Shown: positions 1 to 10,143 of the stretch, in pieces
How positions within the stretch are numbered: position 1 is the first letter of the stretch
Layout: every line of letters begins with the position of its first letter
IMG/VR virus record: IMGVR_UViG_3300046005_001016
Location: 1 to 61,945 of that record
DNA from: a virus
Taxonomy: Duplodnaviria; Caudoviricetes
DNA length: 61,945 nucleotides
Reading direction: 5' to 3' (one strand)
Program-made: the position numbers and the translations under genes
Notes under the pieces: generated by a model
Told to the model about the DNA's origin: nothing
The model's input: only the letters and a program-made list of their open reading frames with translations
Database searches by the model: none

Positions 1-126
1 CATTTACTCCGGTGTGGGTGGAACTCCCCCCAGCACCGCCGGTTCCTTTTGGTGACCCACTAGAGCCGCCACCTCCAGCGTTTCCCTTTCCCGTTGTGTG
101 GGTTGCGAGTCCGCCCACCCCGCCCG
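1..126. repeat. Terminal overlap, left copy (identical to 61819-61944); circular assembly
   Basis: catttactccggtgtggg...ccccgcccg identical at both ends; the next base differs (a127 vs t61945). Confidence 0.95.
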
Positions 127-577
127 ATGCGTTAACCGTGCTGCCGCCAGTGCCAGTTCCGCCTACGCCACCCGTTGCCGTAGCGCCGTTAGAGATAGTG
201 AAGGCTCCGGCGCCACCGCCGTTTGCAGTCATAGTGGTGAAGCCAGAACCCGTCACCGATGACACGCCCCCCGCTGACCCGGCAACGCCAGTGCCGCTCA
301 CACTTGAAACGCTAGACGTCCCTCCAGCGCCAACGGTGAGGGTTAGGACAAGACCCACCGCCAGAGAAGTCTCTGTTTCAACGAATGCACCACCACCGCC
401 GCCAGAGGCCGCACCCCTGTTTGTCGTTTGAAAGATTGCACCGCCGCTACCTCCAGCGCCCAAGACGCCAATCCGGTATTTGCCAGCAAAAGGCACGGTA
501 AAGGTTGTTGACACTGGGAAGAACTGAGTCCCGCCAGAAATGCTGCCCCCGCCCGAAAACTGAGAAAGAGTAGACAT
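1..577 (-). CDS. Glycine-rich tail fibre/virion protein, 5' part (continues across the join to 61376; about 339 aa in total)
   Basis: ATG at 577 overlaps the upstream TAA (TAATG); MSTLSQFSGGG...FTVPFAGKYRIGVLGAGGSGG; in frame with ORF 61376..61936 after circularisation. Confidence 0.8.
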   Translation of the reverse strand, partial: MSTLSQFSGGGSISGGTQFFPVSTTFTVPFAGKYRIGVLGAGGSGGAIFQTTNRGAASGGGGGAFVETETSLAVGLVLTLTVGAGGTSSVSSVSGTGVAGSAGGVSSVTGSGFTTMTANGGGAGAFTISNGATATGGVGGTGTGGSTVNASGGVGGLATHTTGKGNAGGGGSSGSPKGTGGAGGSSTHTGVN

Positions 578-1185
578 TAAACGAGCCTCCAAGAAGAATT
601 CACAAACCGCAATTCGACGGTTGCGTTTGAGTTGTCGATAGTCATATCCTCGGCCACACCCATGATGGTTTGAGCATTGCGGCCAATGACATTTGTGGTG
701 AGTGAGTTAGCTACCGTGACCCACACCGTGTCGCCCGATGCAGGGCTTGCAGGTAGCGTTACCGTTGAGGCCGCTACGTTGGTCAGGACGTAGTGCGAAC
801 CTGCTGTTGCGGCTTGGGTTGTGGTGGATACGACAACGACAGGCATTGCCACATCGGCCCAGCTTGCAGACGTGCCGTCCGTTGTTACGAACTTGCCAGC
901 GTTGCCGGTCTGCAAAGGCAGCACTGCGCTAAACGCAAGCGCGTCTGCGTACACCTTGGTGACCGGGCTGGTCGGAGCTACCGGCGCAGCAACTGTTACC
1001 GTCGCGCCAGTGAAGTCGTTGGCTCCAGTCCAGACTTGCCCCGTCGATGCTGCCTTTGCCGCCAGTGCGGTAGTGGTCAGATCGAATCCTGCTTGTAGAA
1101 GGTCAAACTCTGCACGAATGCCAGAGCTAGTCCCCCGCGTCTGGGATGCTGGCACCCCACTGGTGTGGTTGTAGAACGAATTCAT
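577..1185 (-). CDS. Tail fibre proximal/adaptor protein
   Basis: N-terminus IRAEFDLLQAGFD typical of podovirus fibre anchors; C-terminal TVTLPASP..GD.V beta domain; tail module position. Confidence 0.7.
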   Translation of the reverse strand: MNSFYNHTSGVPASQTRGTSSGIRAEFDLLQAGFDLTTTALAAKAASTGQVWTGANDFTGATVTVAAPVAPTSPVTKVYADALAFSAVLPLQTGNAGKFVTTDGTSASWADVAMPVVVVSTTTQAATAGSHYVLTNVAASTVTLPASPASGDTVWVTVANSLTTNVIGRNAQTIMGVAEDMTIDNSNATVELRFVNSSWRLV

Positions 1186-2136
1186 TTAGACCCTTTGATG
1201 CTTCTGTTCATTCTGTTTTTCCCATCTAAGTTTTTGTGCAATACAAAGCTTTGCTTTGTGTTCGTCTGTGAATTTCTTACCACGCTGCTTTTCGGAACAC
1301 GCTCGCTTAACATGATCTGGTCGCTTTATTCCCCGTAATGCGGAAGCCGTCTTCTCAATAGCCTCTGGTGATCTTTTCCTGCCCATCAATGCTGCGGAAA
1401 TGCGAGCCTTCATTTCCTTGGATACCTTTGTTCCGCGCTTCGCAGAAGCCGTAGCCTCTATCGCTGCTTGGGGGCGTTTCTTCCCACGGTTCTTTGTGGC
1501 GCGTTGCTCTACCTCTTCTGGAGATTGCTTCCGGCCCTTGTTGGATGCGATTAATGCCGCCTTAACGTGGTCCGGCATAGCGCGACCTTTCCGCTTCTCT
1601 GCCCCGCGAAGTACGGACTCGACTGGCATCTTGCGTCCAAGATTTGCCTGACGCAGCTTTTCCTTCGTTTTTTCCGATGTAACTCTTCCTTTGAATGCAC
1701 TGGACAGGCTTGCACGATGCTGCGGGGAAAGCTTTATCCCTACATGTGAATCGCTAATCTTTTTACGAGTCTCAGTAGACGCCTTGCGTCCGATCATCAG
1801 GAGCGACTTAGCCTCACTTAGTCCATCTCTGTGTTTTACGCCCAAGTTGCTTCCGGCTTTCGGAGCTACGTTGTATCCGCGTGAGAAGGACGAGAGTTGG
1901 TCGATCCAATGCTGCTCTCGCGCTACAAGAAGAGTCTTGTCATGGAGTTGCTCAAGCACATCAAATGTGAAAGTAGCTTCGCCGTACTTATCCCATGCCC
2001 GTTGAAGCTTCACACTGTGGTGATTTCCCCTGCGTAGTGCCAGCTTGTGTTGCCCCCATCGAGCCTTGAAGTTGCTTGCGCTTCCAACGTAGCATTTGCC
2101 ATCAGTATGTTGAATCTTGTATATGCCGAATGACAT
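1186..2136 (-). CDS. GIY-YIG homing endonuclease with NUMOD3-like repeats
   Basis: GIYKI...YVGSA...R motif, GYN motif, repeated basic (K/R)xSxE...K(I/L)S units. Confidence 0.9.
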   Translation of the reverse strand: MSFGIYKIQHTDGKCYVGSASNFKARWGQHKLALRRGNHHSVKLQRAWDKYGEATFTFDVLEQLHDKTLLVAREQHWIDQLSSFSRGYNVAPKAGSNLGVKHRDGLSEAKSLLMIGRKASTETRKKISDSHVGIKLSPQHRASLSSAFKGRVTSEKTKEKLRQANLGRKMPVESVLRGAEKRKGRAMPDHVKAALIASNKGRKQSPEEVEQRATKNRGKKRPQAAIEATASAKRGTKVSKEMKARISAALMGRKRSPEAIEKTASALRGIKRPDHVKRACSEKQRGKKFTDEHKAKLCIAQKLRWEKQNEQKHQRV

Positions 2137-2139
2137 GGG

Positions 2140-4191
2140 TTACCGCTCCGCCCGCTGCGGAGAATAACTAAGCGTCAGCCCGTGGACGGTGTGCTTCTTG
2201 TCCTGCGCCCGGTTGCTGTAAAACAGAAATGAAATGTTCTTCTCGGTGCCGGTCAGACTCATGGAGATGTCCGCAAAAACCTTGGCATCCCAAGTGAACT
2301 GATCCCATGTCACTTGATCCCAGAAGCCGCCCGCGAAAATGGCGCTGTTGGAGATTCCTTCAGGCGGCATCACATCTGGATTTGCGTAGCCCAAGTCGTA
2401 GTTGATGTTGATCTTGGAGTAGCCATAGGGCTTTACCTCAAACACCACGCGGCGATACCGCTTGCGAATCCGGGGGGACTTGGAGTGGTTGAAGGCTGGG
2501 CGAATCCATGCCTCAATCGGCTGGCCGTCAAATGAGGTTCCGATGTTTTCCGTGTAAATGTAGCCGTCGTCCGATCCGAAGTACGTCATTTCTGTGCCCG
2601 TACTGTTGGTGACGGTGGTGATGCAGCGCACAGCTCGGCCGTAATTGATTGGAATCATTCCTGATACCTTGTCGCCGGTCAGACCGAGAACCAGTCCGGT
2701 GCCGTCGCTGAAGTACAGGCGGTACTGATCCTTGGCGCGAAGCGAGGTAGATGCAATTTCCAGCCCGCGCTTGGCGAACATAAATGGCTGGATCAGGTGC
2801 GAGATAGACGAGTAATCGAAATCACCATAGGTGAGTGTTGTTATCAGGCTCTGGATTCCGCGCGCCGTGAGTCCGTAGGTGTTGTTGCTGACTGGCTGAA
2901 ATGTGTAAGCGTAGTAGCCCATGTCGAACACCGAAACCACTAGCGTAAAGTTGGCAGTGGTAGAGCCATACATCATGTAGGTGCGCGTCTTGGTGAAAAT
3001 ACCAAGCGTAGAACCGGCTGCGTTACCACCTTGCGGCATGAAGCCCACGATGTCATCACCCAGGGCAAGCTCTGCCGCCCCCAAAATCACAGACCATGCG
3101 TAGGGGTTTCCGATGGCCGACAACTGCACAGAGCTGCGGTACGACATCACCAGATAAAAGCGGTGGAACATGATGTGCGTCGGCGTGTCCACCAGCATGC
3201 CGGTGCGAATCGGGACATAGGTAGTTCCGTCGAACTCAAAGGCCAGGTTCACCGTGTCGCAGCCGTACAACCTTTGCGTGTCGGTGGACCCTGAAAAGTT
3301 CGCATTGACGTACTCCACCCGGCCACCCGGCAAGCGCGTGATGGCAGTCGCCAGTGACGACGATGTGGCGCAATTGGTCGCCCCGACCTTGATCGACTCT
3401 CCGCTTTGCCATACGCCGGATATCGGTGTGATAACGAGCGTACCAAGCGCCGCAGAGCCCCATGAGCCTGTTCGCACAAGAACATTCTTGACGGTAGCGG
3501 TAGCCCCGCTGGTGCCGCCCGTGATAGTGTTGCCTGCAACAATGGCCGACAAACCCGTGGTGAACTGAATTTCAGTCCCCAGCGCAACCTGCACCCAGCC
3601 CGCTGCGGTGGATTTGTAAACATCACCGGCTGTGCCCCCCGCATTGTCGCGGAATGCGTAGACGGTATCTTTGTAGACGGCAACGCCGCGAATCGGACCA
3701 GAGCCGGGGACTGCCACGATGTCTGCGCGGCGATCATTTGCCGCCAGCAGCGTGTAGTCCGCATCATTGGATGCATCTGGCTCGTTCGATACAACCGCGG
3801 TTGTGGTGGATGTGGCTTGCGTGACGGCTGCAACTTGCAGCGCCTCCGTGTTGGCAAAAGTCCCTGTAACGCGGCCCAGTACCAGCTTGGTGCCGTCGAT
3901 GTACAAGATGCGCCCAGTTGCTGAAGATGTCAAACCCGTGATGTTGTTGCCAACGGCCAACGTACCTGTGATCGTGGCTTGCATGATCCAGTACGGGGAG
4001 CCAGTTGGAGCCTGGCGGCCATCAAACCGCTCGTAGCCGTCGATGCGCGAATAGCCCCCTGACACTTCGGGCTCATAGTTCTGGGCATCAAACAGCTTGC
4101 CGGGTGAGAGCGCGATTTGTGGCGTGACCAGGTCAAGCCCGCCACCCATTGGGAAGAACTCCGACTGGACTTGTGGCAGGTTTGCGCTCAT
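2140..4191 (-). CDS. Tail tubular protein B / nozzle (head-closure protein)
   Basis: 683 aa, beta-rich, GGLDL start, immediately downstream of the adaptor gene. Confidence 0.7.
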   Translation of the reverse strand: MSANLPQVQSEFFPMGGGLDLVTPQIALSPGKLFDAQNYEPEVSGGYSRIDGYERFDGRQAPTGSPYWIMQATITGTLAVGNNITGLTSSATGRILYIDGTKLVLGRVTGTFANTEALQVAAVTQATSTTTAVVSNEPDASNDADYTLLAANDRRADIVAVPGSGPIRGVAVYKDTVYAFRDNAGGTAGDVYKSTAAGWVQVALGTEIQFTTGLSAIVAGNTITGGTSGATATVKNVLVRTGSWGSAALGTLVITPISGVWQSGESIKVGATNCATSSSLATAITRLPGGRVEYVNANFSGSTDTQRLYGCDTVNLAFEFDGTTYVPIRTGMLVDTPTHIMFHRFYLVMSYRSSVQLSAIGNPYAWSVILGAAELALGDDIVGFMPQGGNAAGSTLGIFTKTRTYMMYGSTTANFTLVVSVFDMGYYAYTFQPVSNNTYGLTARGIQSLITTLTYGDFDYSSISHLIQPFMFAKRGLEIASTSLRAKDQYRLYFSDGTGLVLGLTGDKVSGMIPINYGRAVRCITTVTNSTGTEMTYFGSDDGYIYTENIGTSFDGQPIEAWIRPAFNHSKSPRIRKRYRRVVFEVKPYGYSKININYDLGYANPDVMPPEGISNSAIFAGGFWDQVTWDQFTWDAKVFADISMSLTGTEKNISFLFYSNRAQDKKHTVHGLTLSYSPQRAER

Positions 4192-4889
4192 GCCAACGGC
4201 GCCCCAAATGTGATCATAGGCAACTGGTCGGCCTCTAGCCTGGACAGTAGGCGTGAATACTCACGCTCACCTTTTTGTACGGCCTCTGATGCCGCCTCGT
4301 ACATACCATAGTGCGCGAGCGCCTTCCACACGATGGCCATGTGGAACTGCGCCGGCATGTTTGGTGTGTCTACGTCGAGCGCCATGGCGCCCGGCATCGC
4401 AAAATACTCACCATTGATGTTGTACACGTCGTCCGGCAGGTTCCCGATCACCAGGTTCTTCCCGGGGTTCACAGAAAACGTAGCTGGCGCGGTCCGCTGC
4501 GTGCGCATCGCACCGAACAAATACATGTTGCGGAACGTGTTGTACTCCAGGAACGGTAGATACGCCTCCGTCGCGGACCCGTTGCTGTCTAAATACTTGC
4601 GGAAGCTGTCCTTCTTCCAGGAGCCTAAGTTGGATACGGTCGGAGTGGCCGGTAGGTAAACCCCGGCTTGCACCGGTGTGTACTCCCCCTGCCCCGCCAC
4701 CGTATTAAAACTGAACGACCCACGCATGAACTCCCACTCGTTATGTAACGTCTGGATGTCCAACCACGCGGCGTTCACCCATCCAACAACGCGAGCGACC
4801 TCCTCAACCGGGTTCTGTACCGTAACCGGGTTGGCCCCAGAGATTCCGGCCTCCCGTTTTGCGGCCTGCACAAGTTGTAAGAGGTTCAT
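4188..4889 (-). CDS. Head-tail adaptor (tail tubular protein A-like)
   Basis: MNLLQLVQ start, PAQFHMAIVW motif, position between capsid and nozzle genes. Confidence 0.7.
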   Translation of the reverse strand: MNLLQLVQAAKREAGISGANPVTVQNPVEEVARVVGWVNAAWLDIQTLHNEWEFMRGSFSFNTVAGQGEYTPVQAGVYLPATPTVSNLGSWKKDSFRKYLDSNGSATEAYLPFLEYNTFRNMYLFGAMRTQRTAPATFSVNPGKNLVIGNLPDDVYNINGEYFAMPGAMALDVDTPNMPAQFHMAIVWKALAHYGMYEAASEAVQKGEREYSRLLSRLEADQLPMITFGAPLA

Positions 4890-4899
4890 GGGTCAGTCC

Positions 4900-5358
4900 T
4901 TACGCGGGCTCAGCCAGGATGTTTTCACACCAGGTGCGGCCCACCGGGTTGTCGTCTTTCACAATCTCAAACGGGTAGACCTGACCAACACTTTGGTACA
5001 GCATGTTGCCGTCTTCCAGGTTGCCACTCTGCGCTTGGCGCTGGTTGTAGCGCAGCTCTTTCATGCGCGCCAGAATCTCGACATGCATGCGTTTGACCAC
5101 TGTGGGTTTGCCACGGGGGACCACGATGCGGTTCTCCGCGCCGTTACACACCAGCACTGCGTACGGGGACGCGTTCTGGTCGATCGACTGCGCGATGCGG
5201 ATCGTGACCAGCTCCTGCATGAACGACTCTTCGCCGGCGATACGTGCCAGGTCAGACTCCGCTACTTTCTGGATGTCGATCTGGTCGTCATCGATAGACA
5301 CGCCTGCTTTGGTCAGATGCTCGATACCCGCGTAGCCAATTGATTTGGAAGTTGCCAT
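4900..5358 (-). CDS. Hypothetical virion-associated protein
   Basis: Clean ORF with AGGAG RBS in the head-tail module. Confidence 0.55.
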   Translation of the reverse strand: MATSKSIGYAGIEHLTKAGVSIDDDQIDIQKVAESDLARIAGEESFMQELVTIRIAQSIDQNASPYAVLVCNGAENRIVVPRGKPTVVKRMHVEILARMKELRYNQRQAQSGNLEDGNMLYQSVGQVYPFEIVKDDNPVGRTWCENILAEPA

Positions 5359-5381
5359 ATTGATTTCTCCTTGCGATACAA

Positions 5382-5408
5382 AAGAAAAGGGCTCCCGGAG
5401 GAGCCCTT
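5382..5408 (-). terminator. Rho-independent terminator after the capsid/decoration genes
   Basis: AAGGGCTCC...GGAGCCCTT hairpin followed by a U-tract on the minus strand. Confidence 0.75.
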
Positions 5409-5430
5409 GTTTCCCGGAGGTAGCCGGTGC

Positions 5431-5904
5431 TTACGCGTAGCCAGTAGCCGATGGGCTAAAGGTGTCGTGGTACGCAGTGGTCACAGTCGTGGCCAGCGCG
5501 TCAGTGCCTGGGCGGAAACCGCCGTTGGCTGCCAGCGATGGGTTGGTCACAACCGCAACACCAACCAAAGCGCGGGCGCCTGGGTTAGGAGGCGGTGCCG
5601 CCTTGTCGGTAGACACGGAGTACGGTGTGATCGCGCCCTGTGTAACCGTTACGGCGCCAGCTGCGTCAACCCAAACGCCGAAGGCGCTCTTGTTGCCAAC
5701 AGGGATGACCGTGTTGATCACGTAGCCCGTGGTGGCCACCATGGCGAACGTGGCCGAGGTGGCCAAGTTGGTGGCGAACACACCATCAATACAGAAGGGC
5801 ACCGCGGTGGCGCGGGACAACTGGCTGGTGGTAGAGCCGATAGCCAAACCTGCTTTGGCGAAAACGAAAGTGCCTGAAGAGGCTTGCTCAAGAGATAAAG
5901 ACAT
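5431..5904 (-). CDS. Capsid decoration/minor head protein (start MSLSLEQ)
   Basis: Ala/Thr/Val-rich, about 157 aa; AGGAG RBS before the ATG at 5904; resembles the upstream gene. Confidence 0.6.
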   Translation of the reverse strand: MSLSLEQASSGTFVFAKAGLAIGSTTSQLSRATAVPFCIDGVFATNLATSATFAMVATTGYVINTVIPVGNKSAFGVWVDAAGAVTVTQGAITPYSVSTDKAAPPPNPGARALVGVAVVTNPSLAANGGFRPGTDALATTVTTAYHDTFSPSATGYA

Positions 5905-5915
5905 TGTGTGTCTCC

Positions 5916-6413
5916 TTACAAAGTTACGGAAGCGGACACGCCGCCGGTGAGGCTGATAAACGAGGTCGTAATACTTGCTGCGTCGAGGTTCGTAGAACCA
6001 CCAGTGAAGGTGGTAGCTGCCTCGATGAAGATGTATCCGATACAGACCACGTTTGTGTTGGGCACATTCGGGATCTGCAGCGCGGCAGCAGAAGCGACCA
6101 CGGCACCCGGTGACGCCGTGATGGCGCCAGCTGCGTCTACGAAGTAGGCGATCGCCGTCTTCTGACCGGTGGTCATGCTGCTGGCTGTGGTGATTGCGGG
6201 CAACGCGGTGGACGCGGCCACCTTGACTGACACACCATTGACCAGAGCCCAAGCCGCGGTCGCCCCGGTTTTACCCAGAGCAGTAGCGGCTGTGGCCGTC
6301 AGGCCGAACGAAGACAACACCATGGAGTTGTGCAACGAGTAGAAAGCCAGTGTCAGGTTCTCGCGGTCCTTCTGGTCCGATTGAGCCTGCAGGCGAAGCT
6401 TGATGTTTTGCAT
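5916..6413 (-). CDS. Capsid decoration/minor head protein
   Basis: Directly after the major capsid gene; Ala/Thr-rich beta protein. Confidence 0.6.
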   Translation of the reverse strand: MQNIKLRLQAQSDQKDRENLTLAFYSLHNSMVLSSFGLTATAATALGKTGATAAWALVNGVSVKVAASTALPAITTASSMTTGQKTAIAYFVDAAGAITASPGAVVASAAALQIPNVPNTNVVCIGYIFIEAATTFTGGSTNLDAASITTSFISLTGGVSASVTL

Positions 6414-6457
6414 CTGTGTTTCCTATGAAAGGAACAGGGCCGTGAGGCCCTGTTCAA

Positions 6458-7516
6458 TTACAGAGCAGTTACCGCGCACTCGAGACGGGCCATCCAGGCT
6501 TCGTTCAAGCGAACAGTTGCGAACCAGGTGCTGGCACCAACGTAACCAAACTGACCCAGTGGGTTGGCGTGGTTGACTTGGCTGGCCTTGAGCACGACGG
6601 GCTTCAGAGCATTCATGCCCTTCAGCGCGACCTGGCCCCAAGCGTCTTCACCGATGATGATGAACGGGTACACGTCAACCGAGGACCCGCCGACAGACAA
6701 CGAACCATTCAAGGTGCTCGAGCCGGACGCAGCGAAGCTGGCCAACAGAGGTGACTTGATGAAACGGTAGTCTTCGCAGGCACCGATTTCGTTGTCGTGC
6801 AATGGCTTGAACTGGCCGTACTCTTCCACCTTGGTGAAGTTGGGCAAGTTACGGATGTCGGACACCGCGTCAGTGTGAACAAACACGATGAACGCTGGCT
6901 GGACCGCGCGAGTGGCGAAGTTCACACCAGGAGCCAGGCGGCTGGAGATCCGCTTGGCGCGGTTCGATTCCAACGTACGGGCAGCACGGCGCAATGCGTT
7001 CAAGCTGATGGGGGTATTGACGGCCGCGCGGCTGGAGCCGTTGGCGTACAACACAGTGGAGCCGGCTTTCAGTACGCCGTAACGCACCAGTTCCAAGACT
7101 TCAGCCATGGTCTCGCCGGTCAACTTGACCATCTCACCAGGGATGTCGTCTTCGTACAACAGCTCGACCTTGGAGCTGTACTTAAACAGCAGACCGTACT
7201 GTTGCAACTGAACAGTCACGTCCTGGAAGGAGATGCTGTTTGCATTGGGCGTAGCGCCTTCACCGAGTACGAACGATGCCGCAGAAACCACCGGGGTTCC
7301 AACGTAACGCGCCGAGCTCTCAATGGTGGTTCCTGCTGCGCTGGCCGCGAACGGCAGCGTGCGACGGAACACCAGAGTGTCCGTAGCGTTTTGGGGCATC
7401 TCGCGCTGGGTGCCGAAGTCGCCCAGAACGGTGATGGGTTGTGCATGCGCGAGCATGTCTTGTGCGGCACGGATTAGATTTCGTGACGCGGATGAACTGT
7501 AGCCTTGGATTGTCAT
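6458..7516 (-). CDS. Major capsid protein, N4-gp56 family
   Basis: 352 aa; motifs FRR..P, L.EG.TP, LQQYG, EIG.....RF, NPLGQFG..G; strong RBS and codon bias. Confidence 0.9.
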   Translation of the reverse strand: MTIQGYSSSASRNLIRAAQDMLAHAQPITVLGDFGTQREMPQNATDTLVFRRTLPFAASAAGTTIESSARYVGTPVVSAASFVLGEGATPNANSISFQDVTVQLQQYGLLFKYSSKVELLYEDDIPGEMVKLTGETMAEVLELVRYGVLKAGSTVLYANGSSRAAVNTPISLNALRRAARTLESNRAKRISSRLAPGVNFATRAVQPAFIVFVHTDAVSDIRNLPNFTKVEEYGQFKPLHDNEIGACEDYRFIKSPLLASFAASGSSTLNGSLSVGGSSVDVYPFIIIGEDAWGQVALKGMNALKPVVLKASQVNHANPLGQFGYVGASTWFATVRLNEAWMARLECAVTAL

Positions 7517-7550
7517 GGTGGCTCCTTAATAGATAGTGGAACTAACCAAA

Positions 7551-8453
7551 CTACGCCGATTTGCGTTGCTTGGCCATGTATGCCCACAGCTCCTCGGGCG
7601 ACATGTCGTCCTCCGTTTTCGGAGGCGGTGCCTGCCCAGGGCGCTGTGTCGCTGCCGCTTGTAGCCGCGATGTGCGTTCGTTCTTTACTTCTGTCACAGG
7701 TTTCGCTGCGGCCTTGTCGAACATGTCCAGCAACTTGACAGCGTCTGATCCTTTCGGACTAGCCGCCAGCTCCTTGGTGGATGCGTCTTGGGCAGTGAAC
7801 CACGCAGAAAACTCCTGCGTGTTGATCTTGGCCTTCCAGTCGTCGCCGTGTTTCAGCTCGACCTTGTACTCCTCGATCTCCTTTCGGCTCTCTTCCCGCA
7901 ACGCGTCCACCTGCTGCGACATCTCCTGCGCCACTTGGGCTGGGTCGATGTTTGCAGCCGCCGGTTGTTGCAGGCCCGCCAATCTGTGATTCAGTAACTC
8001 ATCGATGGCATCTCCCCAGTCGGGGAAATCCGCTTTCATCGCGTCCCACTTATCGGGGTTCTTGGACGCAACAGCAATCTGAGCCTGGCTCGGCGCGTTT
8101 TTACCCGCGACGGACGCAGCGTGTTTCGCCGCGTCAAGCTCTTTTTGAATATGCGCCACCCGCCCGATAGCGGATTTCATGTCGTTGCTCTGTTGCATCA
8201 ACTGCTGCTCAAGCCGGTCCATCTTCGCCAACCGCTCGCGTACCGCTGGGGGTAATGCCTCCAGTGGATCAGCGGGTGCTGGTTCCGGTTCGACCACCGC
8301 AGCCACCTCGGGGGTTGCTACGGACTCTTCTGCTGGCGCGTCTTTAAACGCCTCGGCCGCTGGTTCTGCCGGTGTCTCACTAGCACGTTCAGCGGTGACT
8401 GAGTCCCACTCAGCTTGTGGCTCAGTGGTTCCAACTTCAAGTTCTTCATTCAC
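7551..8453 (-). CDS. Scaffolding protein
   Basis: Acidic Pro/Ala-rich N-terminus, coiled coil, directly upstream of the capsid gene. Confidence 0.7.
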   Translation of the reverse strand: MNEELEVGTTEPQAEWDSVTAERASETPAEPAAEAFKDAPAEESVATPEVAAVVEPEPAPADPLEALPPAVRERLAKMDRLEQQLMQQSNDMKSAIGRVAHIQKELDAAKHAASVAGKNAPSQAQIAVASKNPDKWDAMKADFPDWGDAIDELLNHRLAGLQQPAAANIDPAQVAQEMSQQVDALREESRKEIEEYKVELKHGDDWKAKINTQEFSAWFTAQDASTKELAASPKGSDAVKLLDMFDKAAAKPVTEVKNERTSRLQAAATQRPGQAPPPKTEDDMSPEELWAYMAKQRKSA

Positions 8454-8516
8454 AGTTTCATCTCCAGAAACGACAAAGGCCCCTTACGGAGCCCTCTTAC
8501 AAACAGTCAAGCGAAC

Positions 8517-8723
8517 CTATTCGGCCAGCCCAACCCCATAGTCTCGGTTCGCCGTTTCCGGCAAAGCAAGCAATTTTTTGCAGAGTCGTATCTCACCACG
8601 CAAGGCGTTGGTTGCCGGTTCATCCAAACCAACTGCGTCGTTCATTGTGCGTAGACGCGCTTGTTCTTTTTGGAGGAAGTCAGCAATGGCCAGCCATTGC
8701 GTGGAGGAAAAATCGATCTTCAT
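8517..8723 (-). CDS. Small head-module protein
   Basis: 68 aa helical protein with T..LRGEI...K.LL.LP motif between portal and scaffold. Confidence 0.6.
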   Translation of the reverse strand: MKIDFSSTQWLAIADFLQKEQARLRTMNDAVGLDEPATNALRGEIRLCKKLLALPETANRDYGVGLAE

Positions 8724-8766
8724 GCGGTGTTTAGGTTTGGGATAGACGAACTACCCCGAAGTGATT

Positions 8767-9138
8767 CTACAACAGTATTTGCGTGCTTGCAACAATGGGC
8801 TCTGGAATCACCCCAGCGCAAAACGCTTGGCACTCATCCAGCGTAGGCGCTACCAGATCAACCCAGCGCACCGCGTAATCAGCTTCGACAGCCGCGTGGA
8901 GTGATTCTGGGTTTGCAAGCATGTAGGTGGCCTGTGCCTTAAAAGCAGTCGTGCAAGGCGTGGTCATGCTGATCGTGTCGCCGTACACGGGCAAGCCTTT
9001 AGCGTCTGTGCTGGTCACGATGCGCGTGAATGATCGCTCTCCACCGACATCACTATCCATTGCCCTGCCTATGCGGGATGCAATATCTGCCAAGGCCACC
9101 GGCAGAGTTATGGTAATTTTTTGGTCGTAGTTGCTCAT
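8767..9138 (-). CDS. Hypothetical protein
   Basis: Clean ORF, ATGA-coupled to the HNH gene. Confidence 0.55.
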   Translation of the reverse strand: MSNYDQKITITLPVALADIASRIGRAMDSDVGGERSFTRIVTSTDAKGLPVYGDTISMTTPCTTAFKAQATYMLANPESLHAAVEADYAVRWVDLVAPTLDECQAFCAGVIPEPIVASTQILL

Positions 9139-9827
9139 GCGATAACTGCCTCTGGATACATTGAATTCTTTGCCGCCCAGTACGCTGCGCTCGCCTGCTC
9201 TGGCGTGTCAAACGTACCTATTTGTATTCCTCTGCCAAATGTGTCGTTTATTCGGGCTGTAAATCGCTCCCTGAACTTTCTCACTCCAAGAAATCCCGAT
9301 ACACCCTGTTTCTTTGGTTTCGTTATGTTGTGAGAGTTGATCTTCTGGGAAACAACACGGAGGTTTTCAATTCGGTTATCGACTGGGTTTCTGTTGATGT
9401 GATCGACAACTAACCCGGCTGCTGGGAATTCACCATTCTCCATAAACCACACAAGGCGGTGAGCGCGAATGTCTTTGCCTGCCATGCAGATGACCACGTA
9501 GCCTGAGTCGTTAATGCTTCCAGCTAAAGACCCACTTGGTGCCAATCCACCAACACCAATACGACGTGTAAAACTCCCAGTGGAAGCGTCATAGTTGAAG
9601 TAGTGGTCTACCATTTCCAGCGTGACCTCTGCCTCGGATGTGATTTTATAAAGCCGTGCCTTCGGCTTCAGTGCGGCCTTTGCCTTTGCCTTGGCATTCA
9701 CCTTGTCCTTCCAGCATTCTTTGCATACGGCCATTGCCTTGCTGCCATTCATATAGAACGCAGATACCACTTTATCAAGATTGCAGCAGGTACAGGCTTT
9801 GATCGTCAGGGTGTTGTCGTAGCTCAT
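9135..9827 (-). CDS. HNH homing endonuclease with AP2-like C-terminal domain
   Basis: RAHRLVW...VDHINRNPVDNRIENLR; SGFLGV...IGTFDTPEQASAAY. Confidence 0.9.
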   Translation of the reverse strand: MSYDNTLTIKACTCCNLDKVVSAFYMNGSKAMAVCKECWKDKVNAKAKAKAALKPKARLYKITSEAEVTLEMVDHYFNYDASTGSFTRRIGVGGLAPSGSLAGSINDSGYVVICMAGKDIRAHRLVWFMENGEFPAAGLVVDHINRNPVDNRIENLRVVSQKINSHNITKPKKQGVSGFLGVRKFRERFTARINDTFGRGIQIGTFDTPEQASAAYWAAKNSMYPEAVIA

Positions 9828-10021
9828 TCAACAATCTCGGTGGTTGTTGTGATCTTCACAATGCGAGCCTCAAGCCCATCTTGCTCGTATTCAGCAACTA
9901 TTTTTGATGCGCTAACGAGGTCGTCGTACATACTGGTCACTTCGCGCCATGCTTGATGCGGAGTCTCACCGGGTTTTTGACCTAGTTTAAAAAGAGCTTG
10001 CGCTTTGTAAGTTATTTCCAT
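9824..10021 (-). CDS. Hypothetical protein
   Basis: 65 aa ORF, AAGGA RBS, coupled to the HNH gene. Confidence 0.5.
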   Translation of the reverse strand: MEITYKAQALFKLGQKPGETPHQAWREVTSMYDDLVSASKIVAEYEQDGLEARIVKITTTTEIVE

Positions 10022-10143
10022 GGTGCATCCTTGTGCTGTGGGCAGTTATCGCACCGCCCGGTGTTTGCCATTGCCATCAATACCCCGCAGACGCCCATGA
10101 GAAGGCCGATGGAGTAGGCTGCGAAGCAGTAGAGGATGGTCAT
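10012..10143 (-). CDS. Small membrane protein (43 aa, not in ORF track)
   Basis: MTILYCFAAYSIGLLMGVCGVLMAMA...; ATGA overlap with the upstream stop. Confidence 0.45.
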   Translation of the reverse strand: MTILYCFAAYSIGLLMGVCGVLMAMANTGRCDNCPQHKDAPWK

